From: Torpedo marmorata
Lineage: Eukaryota
Assembly: GCA_977017645.1 (NCBI GenBank)
Contig: OZ360236.1
Coordinates: 71,238,001 to 71,302,000, forward strand
Reading direction: 5' to 3'
DNA length: 64,000 bases
Of the stretch, positions 47,562 to 61,162 are shown piece after piece; the stretch's first letter is position 1, and every line of letters begins with the position of its first letter. Position numbers and translations under genes: made by a program. The notes beneath the pieces were generated by a model. The model searched no databases. It had not been told where the DNA came from and worked only from the letters and a program-made list of their open reading frames with translations.

Positions 47562-50500
47562 AATTATCTCGGAAGATCAGACAGGTTTTATTAAAGGAAG
47601 ACATATACAGTATAACATAAGGAGGTTGTTAAATATAGTATATTCTCCAGTGCAGACTCCCTTTGAAAGTGTAATTTCATTGGATGCTGAGAAGGCCTTT
47701 GATAGGGTGGAGTGGAATTACCTGTTTACAGTTTTGGGGAAATTTGATTTTGGACCAAAATTTATTAATTGGATTAAGATAATCTATGCTTCACCATTGG
47801 CTAGGGTTGTTACGAATTCAATGAAATCATTGCCTTTTAAATTATCCCGAGGGACGAGACAGGGATGTCCACTAAGCCCATTATTATTTGACATTGCTTT
47901 GGAACCGTTAGCATTAGCAGTTAAACAGTCAGAAAATATTACAGGTATTGTAAGAGAAGGAACGGAAAATAAAGTGTCATTATATGCACATGATCTGCTG
48001 CTGTTTGTTTCAGATCCTAAAAATTCTGTTCCAGTAATTTTACAATTACTGGATAGATTTGGAAGTTTATCAGGATATAAATTGAATTTAGGTAAAAGTG
48101 AATTAATGGTGATAAAATCACCTCATGTACTACCATTTCAAGTTCCTTTTAAGGTAGTTAAAAAATATTTACTATATCTTGGGGTTAACATTACAGTGAA
48201 ATTTGATCACCTATATAAAGAGAATTTTCTTCCTCTATTTAATAAAGTTAAAATTTTAACTAAAGTGTGGTCTCTGTTAATTATGTCATTAATTGGTCAT
48301 ATAAAAATTATAAAAATGAATATTTTACCTAAATTTTTGTATGTATTCCAAGCACTTCCAGTATTTCTCCCTAAAGTATTTTTTGATCAAATAGACTCTT
48401 TAATTTCGTCTTTTATTTGGAATGTTAAAAGACCAAGAGTAAGAAAGGAAGTACTACAAAATGACAAACCACAGGGTGGTTTTGCTTTACCTAATTTCAG
48501 GAATTATTATTGGGCTGCTAACATTAGATTCATTAATACTTGGATACATTTTAAGAATTATCAAGAAAGATTTAAATGGATGAAATCAGAAATGAAGGTT
48601 ATAGGTAAACATTCGTTAGTATCTATATTAGGAATGTCTTCACCCTTTAAATATTCCAAAATTTCTAATAACAAGATAGTTAAACAAATGTTAAAAATAT
48701 GGTTCCAATTTAGAAAAGCAAATAATTTCTTTAATTTCTTGCTTGATAGTACAATAAATTTCAATACCTTTTTTACCCCAGCTAGTGGGGATAGAGAGTT
48801 CCAGATTTGGCAAGATCACGGTATATGTTCATTTAAAAACTTGTTTATAGATTCTAATTTTATTACTTTTGAACAGTTGGTTAATAAGTATAACTTATCT
48901 AGAAACAATTATTTTAGATACTTTCAAGTTAGGAATTTTATAAATTCCTTGAGATTGGAGTTTCCTTTAGATTTAAAGTTAGTAATCATAGAAAAGGTTT
49001 TTACTATCACTCCTGATATACCAAAACCATTGTCAGTATTTCATAAACTTTTAAAAGAAAATGTGATACAGCATGTGGATAAAATAAAGGAGGCTTGGGA
49101 AAGAGATTTTTTAGAAGTTTTTTCACCTTCAGTGTGGTCCAATATTTTGGACCGTATCCATACCTCTTCTTTATGTTCAAGACATAATTTAATTCAATTT
49201 AAAGTAGTTCACTGAGCTCATTACTCAAAATCTTTACTGGCTAAATTTTCATCAAATATATCATCTACGTGTGACAGATGTAATGTTCATGAAGGTACAT
49301 TATTTCACATGTTTTGGTTGTGCCCTAAGTTAGTTAGATTTTGGAACAAAATTTTTTTGTACTCTTTCTTTGGTTTTAACTACTCAATTAGATCCAAATC
49401 CATTTATAGCAATATTTGGTATAAATGATCCTAGTAATCATGATCTTACTAATAATCAAAAACATGTGATTGCTTTTTTCTTCTCTGGTTGCAAGGCGAC
49501 AGATCTTGCTAAAATGGAAGGATGGTAATCCTCCTATATATGAAGATTGGCTATCAAGTTTAATGTCCTATTTAACATTAGAAAAGATTAGATGTTCAAA
49601 TATTAAATTAAACCTAAAATTTACTAATATTTGGGGTTCCTTTATTGATTATTATCAGTTTATGATTCCTCATGATTTGAAGTTATATTATTTCTACAGG
49701 TCAGTGCAATTCTCGGGTGGGGGTAGGTGGTAGGCTAGTTTAGATTGCTTTAGCTTTTATAAAAAAATGTATTATGATGACATTACTATATTATCTTTTT
49801 TTTTGTGGCTTGGTTCTTTTTATACCTATTGGTATAATATTAAATAGTAAAGAAAAAAAATTGATATATATCTGTAATGTATACTCTGTTATGGATGGAT
49901 TAATGGAACATGTGATAAAGCTTTTCTTTGCTTTTTTTTCTGTAAACATATATAATGAATGATTTTATGGAATTAATAAAGAGATTTAAAAAAGAAAGAA
50001 AGGATCCTCACTTCCTTTTTCTTTAAATAAATCAATTGACAATCCGGTTGTCAGGAGGTGCAGTTCTGAAAACATTTTGGACTTCATCGTTTTTCTCTTT
50101 CAAGTGCTATTCTATCCAATCATCTTTTTCAACCTTCTTTACATGATTTTGCTTTTCATGATAGGCACAGATTGGGTATTGAACGTTTCAAAGATCTTTT
50201 TATTGACAACAGTTTTGCATCATTTAAAAAACTTTCTGAAAAGTTCAATTTACCAAATACTCATTTTTTTAGATATTTACAAATCAGACATTTTCTTCAA
50301 TCTCAGATACCTGATTTCCCTAGGGCACCTGATGCAAACATTGTTGATATATTTTTTAGTTTACAACTTTCTCGCAAAGGTCCAATATCCATTATTTATG
50401 ATAAGTTGGTAGGTTTAAGACATGCTCCCTTAGTTAAAATTAAAAATGCCTGGGAACAGGATTTAAGCCTTTCAATATCGGACGAGGTTTGGGATTCATT

Positions 50501-51658
50501 TTTTAAGATGGTTAATACCACATCCTTATGTGCACGTCATTGTTTGTTACAATTTAAAGTTGTACATATGTCTAAAGTTAAATTATCTCGTATCTATTCA
50601 GATGTAAACTCTTTTTATGATAAATGTAAGAGAGGAGAGGCTTCTTTAATCCACATGTTCTGGGCGTGTCCTAGCCTTGAAAAATATTGGAGAGAAGTGT
50701 TTCAAACTTTATCCTTAATCCTTAATTTAAATCTAGAGCCTGATCCTTTGGTTGCTCTTTTCGGTACAACTGGAGAGGATTATGTTCTTTTAACTCCAAT
50801 CAAATGTCGTGTTCTGTCTTTTGCCTCTCTCTTAGCCAGGCGTGCGTTATTGCTTAGGTGGAAGGATGCTGCCCCGCCTACCCATGCTCAGTGGCTAAGG
50901 GACATTATGACCTGTTTAAATTTAGAAAAGATTCATTACTCAATTAATAATTCAAATATAAGGTTTCAAATGTTGTGGGGACCATTCCTGAATTATTTCC
51001 ACAACCTCAAGGCATAATAGAAATCCTAAACTTCAGTACTTTGTTGTTTTACTCCAGGAACGAAGTACTTTTTTTTTTCTTGTTTAGCCATACAACGATG
51101 GTAAGGGGATGGGGTTAAGAGACACGGCTACCGTGTTAAAATTAATAGATGTGTTTCTATATTATGATGCGCTCTATATGCCTTTATAATTTGCTGAGCT
51201 ATGTAATCTATCATTTTTATTGTGCATTCCATAAATGTATTGTATATGCATGTTAATAAAAATATTATAAAAAGAAATTACCTACTGTTTCAATCCGATT
51301 ACATATTTGCTCCTCTAATTCATGGTGAATATTAGGGGAACCAATGACGATGAAAGATAAGTTCAAGATCTATGACAAAGTTACATGGGGAGCTGTGACC
51401 CAACTACAAAGGATAGGCAGAACCCAACCACCAAGACAGAAGACTTGGAACCAACAACACAGCAATATGAGGAGAGATGAACTTACAAAATAGAATTATA
51501 GAGGGCTTGGGAGAGATTAGGAAATAATACACCCTAAAATTAGAAAGAAGTGAATGAACAGAAGAAATGAACAGAAAATGATACATCCAAAGATGAATCG
51601 TCATCAAAGAGGAATACCAAGTGAGATCAACCAACAATTTCGCAAGAGATAAAGAACA

Positions 51659-54018
51659 TTAAAAATAGATATTCAAAAGATAATATAGCTAGATTAATTA
51701 GTTTAATTAACGTGCATAAAAAGAAGGAAGATTTACCATTAGTATTAACGCTAGATGCTGAAAAGGCTTTTGATAGATTAGAGTGGAATTTTTTATTTAA
51801 GGTATTGGAGAAATTTGGTTTCGGAACTACATTTATTAATTGGATTAAAACTATATATAAAGAACCATCTGCTTAAGTAATTACAAATGGACAAATTTCT
51901 TCAAGATTTCCTCTGACTAGATCTACTAGACAAGGATGTCCTTTGTCACCAGCATTATTTACTTAAGCGATAGACCTTTGGCTGAATTAGTTAGAAAAGA
52001 TGTTAAAATTGTAGGTATTAAAGTTGGAACGGAAGAACATAAAATTAGTTTATTTGCAGATGATGTATTGATATATATGACAAAACCTATTACATCTTTA
52101 GTGCAATTGTCTGCTTTATTGAGAGAATACGGGGAAATATCTGGATATAAAATTAATTCTGATAAAAGTGAAATTATGACATTATCACAAGGGGATTATA
52201 GTAAATGTAAAGAAATTACACAATTTAAATGGGCAAAAGAAGGAATTAAATATTTGGGAATAAAGATTGATACAAAATTGGCTAATTTATATAAATTAAA
52301 TTATCTACCATTGCTTATGAAAATTAAAAAAGATTTAGAAAATTGGAAAGATTTACCTATAACTTTAATGGGAAGGGTAAATTGTATTAAAATGAATGTT
52401 TTTCCAAGAATTCAATATCTTTTTCAATCAATTCCTTATGAAATTCCTCAAAATTTTTTTAAAGATTTAAATTCAATTATTAGGAAGGTTTTATGGAAAG
52501 GAAAGTTGGCAAGGGTAGGTATAGAAAAATTAACTTGGAATTATGAAATGGGTGGTTTACAACTTCCTAATTTTCAAAATTATTATAAAGCAGCTCAATT
52601 AAAATTTATTAATGAATTTTTTGATTTAACTAAATCTTCTGCTTGGATTAGAATAGAATTAAATAATATAGGAGAAGATTCTAAAGAAGAAGTTATTTAT
52701 AAATGGGATTCTAAATTAATATCAACAAGAAGAAAAAATTCTCCTATTCTTAAACATCTGTTAGAAATATGGAACAAGACGGATAAGGAAATAGGAGGAA
52801 AAGGAACGATTTCTCCAAAGATGCCTTTATATCAAAATGAACTTATTCCATTTACTATTAATAATTAATTATTTAAAATTTGGTTTCAAAAAGGAATTAA
52901 GAAAATAAATGACTGTTTTGAAGCTGGGAAATTTATTACTTTTCAAAGAATGAAAGATAAATTCAATATATTGGATAATACACTTTTTGCTTATTATCAA
53001 ATTAGAGCATTTTTGGTTGGGAAATTAGGTTATAGTTTGATTTTACCAAGACAGAATGAATTAGAATTATTAGTTACTAAAGGAGATGTAAATAAATTTA
53101 TTTCTCAAATGTATAAATTGTTTCAGAGAAAAATTCCTAAAGTAGGAATTCATAAATCAAGATTAAAGTGGGAATTAGATTTGAATGTAATAATAGATGA
53201 AAATCATTGGAAAGAATTATGTAAATTAAGTATGACGAAGATTATTAATGTTAGATATAGATTAGTACAATACAATTTTTTTCATCAATTATATTTAACA
53301 CCTAAAAAATTAAAGAAATTTAATCCGACATTATCAGGTTTATGTTTTAGATGTAATAAAGAGGAAGGTTCTTTCGTACATTCTACATGGTTTTGTCCAA
53401 AAGTTTATGATTTTTGGTTGAAAGTTTAAAAAATTTTTAGATAAAGTATTTAAGATTACATTCCTAATGGACCCTATGATATTTTTGTTTGGAGATATTA
53501 AAAAACTTAGTATTAAGATGAAATTAAATATGTATCAAATAGAATTTCTGCGAATTTCTTTAGCTGTTTCAAAGAAATGTTTTGCTATTACTTGGAAATC
53601 TGATGTAGATTTAGGGTTAGAAAGATGGCATGCAGAACTTCGTTCATGTATACCACTTGAGAAAATTACTTACAATTTATGTAATAAGTATCATTTCTTT
53701 TTTAAAATTTGGAGCCCATATATGAAAGTTGTTGGTTTAAGGATCTGAAGATCTCTGGACATCGGATCTACTGGCGAACCTAACCTCCATAATAGAATTA
53801 GTTTATAGATGTATTTTTTTAGATTGACATTCTCCTTACTCTATCTTTTTCTTTCTTTTATTTTATTTTATTTTATTAGATTAGTAGGGATGGGAGGGTT
53901 AGGAAGGGGAGGGTGGGTGAAAATGTATCACAAGTATTTTGATAATTTTATATTTTACCTTATGTATTTTGTGATTTAAAATTTTAAATAAAATATTTTA
54001 AAAAAAAAATTTTTTAAA
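51659..54018 (+). mobile_element. L1-E: 5'-truncated copy of the AT-rich L1 family with a few disablements
   Basis: ORF2 pieces 51936-53748 are homologous to L1-B. G-rich 3' UTR and A tail; imperfect TSD AAGAGA(T)AAAGAACA. Confidence 0.88.
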
Positions 54019-54629
54019 AAGAGAAAGAACAGAGATTTACCAATAACAAGATGTGTATTGGCTATGATAGATTGGGAACTACATTAAAATGTATGGTGGT
54101 AGGGTTCAATGATAGCACAAACCAAAAAAGGTTGTACTGAGTGATAAGCCAATACAAATTAAGGTAATGAAGTAGATCGGAAGAAAAATCAACCAATACA
54201 ACAGCACATGAAATGGGAGTGTGATAAAACAATGAGAAATTATATGGGGATGATGAATTGACAATACAGCAATTCCAGATTGCGAAGTGGAAATTGGGAC
54301 AAGGTCAGAGAAAGGTTTTGGGGATAGGTTGATGAACCAACACCACAAAGAATGATAAATATTGATTTGGAAAAAGTTGCATCAAAAGCGTGAATCAAGT
54401 AGATATGAACTAACAAAGGAGAGTGATTAAACTTGTTTACTATAATCTTTAATCAGGATTTTTTATTCTAGGATTTCAAAATCCCTGACTTTTTAACTGC
54501 ACTCTGAAGTAGTCCAACAGTTACCAAGTTAACTCGAGATGCCTATCCTGCTAGTGGTACTATACCCACAAATGAAATTAGAGAATGGAATTCAAACCGA
54601 ATTGGTTTGTGAGAGTCTGAATAACTCAC

Positions 54630-54792
54630 CTGACATATTGCACTCTCGTAGTACTGCTAAATGCTTCTCTCGGACTCGCTTCACATATTCACTAGATATG
54701 TGATAGATCTTCCCACAGATTGCTTCCACTGAATCTTTAGCCACTGCTGCCACATGGGGTCCACATTGCTTACGCAAATGTTCAAGCCTCTC
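54630..54792 (-). CDS. PCIF1: PCIF1 coding exon (helical domain)
   Basis: Encodes ERLEHLRKQCGPHVAAVAKDSVEAICGKIYHISSEYVKRVREKHLAVLRECNMS, matching PCIF1. Acceptor ttgtag, donor gtgagt; 163 bp, phase 0 to 1, compatible with the next exon. Confidence 0.95.
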
Positions 54793-56319
54793 CTACAACA
54801 AATAAAGGAGTCAGGATTTCATCCAACAGTATCACAATACATATTGACAAAAACATTTGTACATACCATTAAAATAACTCACCAATTTCTATTCTAATAG
54901 TAGCTTAAGATTTCTTAAGTTTGAAACATTTGCTTTTCTGCAATACTCTTATCTAACACTCAGGACACTTTCTCAGAAAAAAGTGTGCAACTGGAGTCAG
55001 CGTTGAAAGGAATCATTACAGTATTATTGAGAGAGAAAGATGTGTTATTGACAGCACATTGTTCCTGGAACTTTAAAGGCTCAGCCCTCAGCTAGTACTC
55101 CTGCAGCAATGAAACTTAACTCATCGCCACATGGCTCAAGTGAACCACTGAGGCAATATACAATGTATTCCCGTGAGAGCTTGTACTGGGCACGCCAGGT
55201 TCAGCAGAGCTCAGGATTGCATCTTGCGTGGCTCAGTGACAGTTATGTGGCCTTACAAGGACAAGAGAGCATAGCAGCTTTAAAGCAATATCCGACAGCA
55301 TCCATTTATCTTTGAAGCCTGAACTTCAAGTAGTCTAATCCAACCCTCATTTGTTACGTCGCAGACCAGCAGCAATAGAAATTCACCAAGACAGTATTAT
55401 TTTTAAAAATAATAATTTTTATTTATAACTACTAATACTATAACACACTAAGTAACTTAACCCCAACTATGCGCGAATATACTTATATGTGTTTGTGTGT
55501 GTGTGGGATACTCAAACCATTACAGCTTAGGCACAATTCTGGAAAGTCATTCCAAAGTCAGTCTTAGAAATCCAGTGTTGACACGTAGACTTTTAAACTG
55601 ATGCACTGAAGTAATCACGAAGGAGGTGGGAGAGACTGAGTGACCAGACTGCCGAAAACTCACAAATCCTTGTTGAGTTGCTTCCAGAGAAATGTCCTTT
55701 CTCACGAACGATTGTCACAACTCCCCTTTTCCTTGCGTAGGGGAAACGAAACGTGTGACTTCTACTATGCTTCCAAAAACCCTGGCACAGGTCAGTCGAA
55801 GTGACATTTATTTTGGTCATGGTGTGGTTCAATAAGTCCCCTTCAAAATGACCTTTCCTTTGGTCATGGTGGGGTTCAATAATTCCCTTGACAGGGAGAA
55901 TCAGCCAAATTCTCCATTTCACACAGTCACTCCAGCACAGTGTTCCTTCAGATGGCTGCTGATCACAAAGTGTGCTGTTCCTTTTAGGTTTCACTCACAT
56001 GACTCTCTCCCCACCTGTCTATGGATAAAAGCAACAAATGTTCTTTTGCTTCCTCCAGAGGATCAGCTTTGGGCACAGTCTGTACCTGATTGTTGCCACT
56101 CCAGTCTCTGTGCAGTTGTGAATGGTCGCAGTCTGTACTAACCCTTAAAGTGACAGTCACTAAATGAAACAGGAGCTCGTAATACCTCCCCCCAACAAAG
56201 AAAATTTTGAGCGGTAAGAGCAAAGTTTTAACTGCAACCTACGATGTTTGAAATAATACATTCACTATTTTTACATGATATAATAGACAAATATAAAATT
56301 TTTCAGCAACGTTGCAAAC

Positions 56320-57840
56320 TTAACATCTTGAAAGGCAATCAGCAATTACATTATCCTTGCCTTTAATATGAGTTATCATTAAATCATATTCCTGCAGAAT
56401 TAGACTCCAGTTTAACAATCATCTATTTTTGTTTTTCATTTTACTCAAGAACACTAAGGGATTATGGTCAGTATACACAACGAGTGGTCCCTGAGCTATG
56501 CAGATTTAAACATCGAAATGCTGCAAAGCCAATACAAGTGATAATAATTCTTTTTCTATGGTAGAATAATTCTTTTGATGTTCATTGAATTTCTTGGATA
56601 AGTAAGCCACTGGATGGTCAATATCATCACAACCATTCTCTTGTAATAGCACTGCTCCCGCAGCTTCATCACTAGTATCTACTGCTAAAGAAAATGGCTT
56701 CTCAATGTCAGGTGACTTAAGCACAAGCTGGTGACATATAATGGCTTTCAGTTTATCAAATGCTTCCTGACAAAATTCTGTCCAAACAAACTTTTCACCC
56801 TTCTTCAGAAGGTTAGTCAAAGGAAGGGCGATATCAGCAAGGTTTTTACAGAACTTTCGATAATACCTTACCATTCCCAAAAATCTCCTAACAGCTTTCT
56901 TACCCGTGGGAATGGGAAACTCAGAGATCGTCTGAACATTTGCCTGGACAGGCGCAAACTTGCCTTGACCAACAACATAACCAAGATAAGTCACAGTAGC
57001 ATGGCCAAATTCACTTTTAGCTAAATTAACAGTAAGGTTTGCTTTTGAAAGTTTATCAAACAATTTCTCTAACTCAGAGATATGTGCTTTCCAGGTATCA
57101 TTCCCCGTAGCCAAATCATCAATATAAGCATTCGTATACTCTAAACCTTGAATCACAGAATTGATCATTCTTTGGAATGTCCCTGGAGCATTTTTCATTC
57201 CAAATGGCAAAACATTGTATTCATATAAACCTGACGAGGTCACAAATGCAGAAATGTCCATACCTCTCTCTGTTAAGGGAACACACCAGTAACCTTTTAA
57301 TAAGTCCATCTTCGTAAGAAACTTAGTCTTTCCAACCTTGTCCACACAATCATCCACCCTAGGGATAGGATAAGCATCTGTCTTTGTTACTGCATTAACT
57401 TTCCTATAATCAGTGCAAAATCTAACTGTCCCATCTGGTTTAGGCACCAGGACACAAGGGGAACTCCAATCTGAGGTAGAACGTCTAATAATATCATTCT
57501 TTAACATATATTCAATCTCTTGATCTACCAGTCTGCACTTTTCAACATTCATTCGATATGGATGTTGTTTGATAGGTTTGGCATCTCCAACATCAACCTC
57601 ATGACAAGTTATTGGGGTTCTCTTAGGCACATCTGGAAACAGGTTCCTAAATTTTAAAAGTAGCGGTTTCATCTGCTCCTTTTCCTGGGGCTGAAGATGA
57701 GCCAACTTAGCATCCGAATTCTGCAAAACAATCGAATTAGACAGACGAACTGGGACAATGTTTTGTTTGAAGTGACCCTCACAAGAGTCAGCTTGTACTG
57801 TCTCATGATCCCTAGACTCCTCAGTTCTATCAACAACCAA
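56320..57840 (-). pseudogene. Gypsy RT/RNase H
   Basis: Encodes RFCTDYRKVN, LPFGMKNAP, YIDD, DTSD..GAVL and YSTIEKE. Confidence 0.9.
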
Positions 57841-57899
57841 TACTGCTGGTGAAGGCTATTCCTTGCTAAAAGCCAAGTTCTCAAAATAAGGTTTTAACA

Positions 57900-58960
57900 T
57901 GTTGACATGACAACTCTGCGTTTTACGTCACCAATCAAGTGTTTTAACTAAGTAGTTGACTTCATTCACCTTTGACTATCTCATACGGGCCTGAAAATTT
58001 TGCCCTAAGGGGATTGGAATTTGTTGGGAAAAGGATTAACACTTTATCCCCCCGTTTAAAAGTTCTCACCCTAGCCTTTTTTATTATACCTGACCTTCAT
58101 TTTGCCTTGAGCCGTTTTCAAATTCTCTTGAGCTAATTCACAAACTTTCTGCAAACGATCTTTAAACTTTGAGACATAATCTAACAAATTCAACTGCACA
58201 TCCTCATTAACCCATTGTTCCTTCAACAACACTAAAGGTCCTCTAACTTGGTGTTCAAACGCCAGCTCAAAAGGGCTAAAGCCTAATGATTCTTGTACAG
58301 ACTCCCTCACTGCAAACAAAAGCAAATTGTCACCCTCATCCTAATCTTTCTCATTCTCAAAACAATGGGCCCTCATCATGGTTTTGAGGGTCAAATGGAA
58401 CCTCTCAAAGGCCTCTTGAGATTCTGGATGATATGCAGATGACGTGATTTGGTTAGCTCCCAATTTATAAACTATCTGCTGAAACAGCCCTGACATGAAA
58501 TTACTTCCCTGGTCTGATTGAATCTCTTCAGGCAAACCGACTAAAGTGAAAAATTTTATAAGAGCTCTTGCCACAGGTTTAGCTTTAATATTTCTAAGTG
58601 GTATTGCTTCTGGAAACCTAGAGGCTGTACACATGACAGTTAACAAATACTGATTCGCAGCTTTTGTCTTGGGCAATGGGCCAACACAATCCACAATAAC
58701 TTTAGAAAAGCAGGAAATGGGTTGTAAAGGAGCCACTGGGGGACCCTGATTGGGTTTACCCACAACCTGACAAATGTGACATGTCCGGCAAAATGTTACA
58801 ACATCTTTTCTTAAACTAGGCTAATAGAATTGTTTCATAATCTTATACATAGTTTTCTTTACACCAAAATGACCGCCGAAGGACGTGCTATGGGCCAAGG
58901 TTAAAATTTCATCCCTATAGGCTTTAGGAACTACAACCTGGTGAACAACTGCCCATTCTT
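57900..58960 (-). pseudogene. Gypsy integrase (HHCC plus DDE core)
   Basis: Encodes HSTSFGGHFGVKKT, VDCVGPLP, SDQGSNF, YHPESQ and GFSPFEL; contains stops. Confidence 0.88.
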
Positions 58961-59399
58961 CACTGGCAGGGATATCAGGTGGTCTCCACTTCCTCATCAA
59001 CACGCCTTCCTTGAAATAATATCCAACTGGCACTTTCTTAATTTCATCATCAGAGAGAGCCTTATCTCTCACTTCAGTAAGATCAGGATCTCTGTTCTGC
59101 CCCGCTATAAACTCTTTTCGTGATAACGACAAATCCTTACTCTCAGGTTTAACACCAGAACTCTGGTCCAATAAAGAAGGATGTAACGTCTTTGGCAGGT
59201 CATTACAACCTGAGTGTTGTTTTGCACTATCACAGATTCTGGTCCCTTTTAAATCTGTCTGCACAGCACTGTCTGCACTGGCAAACTTTTTAGCCATAGC
59301 TCGAGTCACTGAGCAGGCTGGATATATATCAGAATCTGTCTTTGTCTCATCAATGACTGGCTTAACTGTCAACCGCACCGCAAGGACATCTTTACCCTC

Positions 59400-61010
59400 T
59401 GCAAGGTCATTTCCTAATAATAACGAAACCCCCTCCACTGGTAAACTTGATTGGATCCCTATCGTAACAGGTCCATCAACTAATTCCGATTTCAACATTA
59501 TCCTGTGCAGAGGTATCGACTCTGGATCACCCCCCAGACCTCAAATCAAATTTATTTCACCCGTGGCAGTCTCATCGCCAAACTCCAAAACACTGTCCAA
59601 CACAAGTGACTGGGCGGCCCCAGTATCTCGAAGGATTTTCACTGGCACTTGTGGTGACCCTTCCTTTACCGAAACCAAACCCTCTGACACAAAATATTTG
59701 AATTCATCCTTAATGTTACCAGCAGGTCTGGAACATTTTTTATTTCCGTGTGTTTCATTTCTTTGAATACAGGCATCTGGCGCTGCCTCCTTTTCTCTCT
59801 TTTTCCTCAGCACGGAACAATTTTCTATCATGTGACCAGGTTTCTTACAATAGTGGCAAAGAGGACCTGAAGTTTTTTCCTTTTCTTGCTTCCCTTCATC
59901 TTTACCCCTAGCACTACTTCCCGATTTATTTTATAACTTACTTGGATAGTCCATATTACCCTTTTGGAAGGTTCTACTTGGTACAAATTTAACCTTGTGG
60001 GTTAAAGCATACTCATCCGCTAATTTAGCAGATTCCTGCCAAGTTTCCACTCCCTTTTCATCTAAATATGCTTTTATGTCATTAGGAACGCACCGTTTAA
60101 TTTCCTCAACTAACACCAGCTCTCTCAGTCTGTTATAATCACCATTTATATTTTTTGATGTGCACCATCGGTCAAAGCACACAGCTTTGTCATAAGCAAA
60201 ATCCATATAAGACTGGTTCACAGATTTTCTCAAATTCCTGAATTTTTGCCTATAAGCTTCTGGAACCAATTCATAAGCCTTAAGCACAGCTTGCTTTACA
60301 GTCTCATAATCAGCAGCTTGTTGGGTTGTAAGGGCAGAGTAAGCCTGCTGGGCTTTTCCTTTAATCACGCTTTGTAACATGAGGGACCAATGGTCTTTTG
60401 GCCACTTTAAACTCTCAGCAACTTTCTTGAAATGCTGGAAGTATTTATCAATCTCAGCCTCATCAAATGGAGGAACTAACCTAACCTCCCTACTGGTCAT
60501 AAACCTCTCACTAGGACCAGAAGGTGGAACTCCTTCTCTCCTGTTCTCTCTTTCAAACTGCCTTTGCCTCTCTGCTTCCTCCCTTTGCTTCTCTGCTTCC
60601 TCCCTTTGCTTCTCTGCTTCCTCCGCCTCAAATCTGCATTTTTCCAACTCAAACCGCCTTTGTTTCTCTGCTTCCTCAAATCTATATGTTTCTAACTCAA
60701 ACTGCCTTTGTTCTCTCTCAAACTGCCTTTGTTTCTCTGCTTCCTCAAATCTAAGTTTTTCTAATTCAATTTGTTGCACTGGTGACCGCTGCTCAAGGGG
60801 TTTACTCACGGGAAATTGTTTTAACTCCCCCTCTCCAAACTTCCCCACTGCTATATAGTGTTCAACTATAACTCTCTGGATCTCTGCCTTTATCATCGCC
60901 GGTTTTACCACCGCAAGTTCCAACTTTTGGGCGATAGCCACCGACTCATTCCTTTTTGCCCTCTGCAAACCTGTAGAGGTTGGCGATCCCAAAAACTCAT
61001 CAATATCCAT
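59400..61010 (-). pseudogene. Gmr1-type Gag (SCAN-related capsid, CCHC knuckle) and protease
   Basis: Encodes LVPPFDE..IDKYFQHF...W...GKAQQAY...AYELVPEAYRQKFR, CHYCKKPGH..ENC and LRDTGA. Confidence 0.88.
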
Positions 61011-61144
61011 TGTTGCTGTTTTTCCACACACACAAGCCTTTTAATTGGCTTTCAAAAAGAAGTGAAATTGATTAAATTCCTTTTTTTTTCCTTTAATCAA
61101 TCCAATCGAAAATTAATCGATCAATAAGCTCCAAATTTGGTGCT

Positions 61145-61162
61145 GTCCTGGACGAGCCCCCA
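61145..61162 (-). promoter_or_regulatory. Primer-binding site complementary to tRNA-Pro
   Basis: The minus strand reads TGGGGGCTCGTCCAGGAC, compared with the canonical PBS-Pro TGGGGGCTCGTCCGGGAT. Confidence 0.85.

Larger units (their letters stand above)
43327..50001 (+). mobile_element. L1-C: 5'-truncated L1 inserted in L1-A
   Basis: 15-bp TSD GGATCCTCACTTCCT (43312-43326 and 50002-50016). RT pieces at 43330-43866 and 47578-49660; A-rich tail. Confidence 0.88.
35448..51273 (+). mobile_element. L1-A: originally full-length degraded L1, host of nested insertions
   Basis: Starts GGACTTCCGG; ORF1 remnant 35597-36404; ORF2 pieces at 37024-37511, 41636-43326 and 50017-51017. TSD GAAATTA(T/C)CTACTGTT at 35432-35447 and 51274-51289. 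Confidence 0.88.

Noticed and set aside
51330-51658. Inverted 5' segment (twin priming) of L1-E
   Set aside because: I saw no reverse-complement similarity to the L1-B sequence, and the apparent TSD places this A-rich stretch outside the insertion. Its origin is unresolved.
55593-56141. Duplicated 133-aa and 97-aa ORFs (also at 61390-61938)
   Set aside because: They lie inside the Gypsy LTRs and have no recognisable domain.
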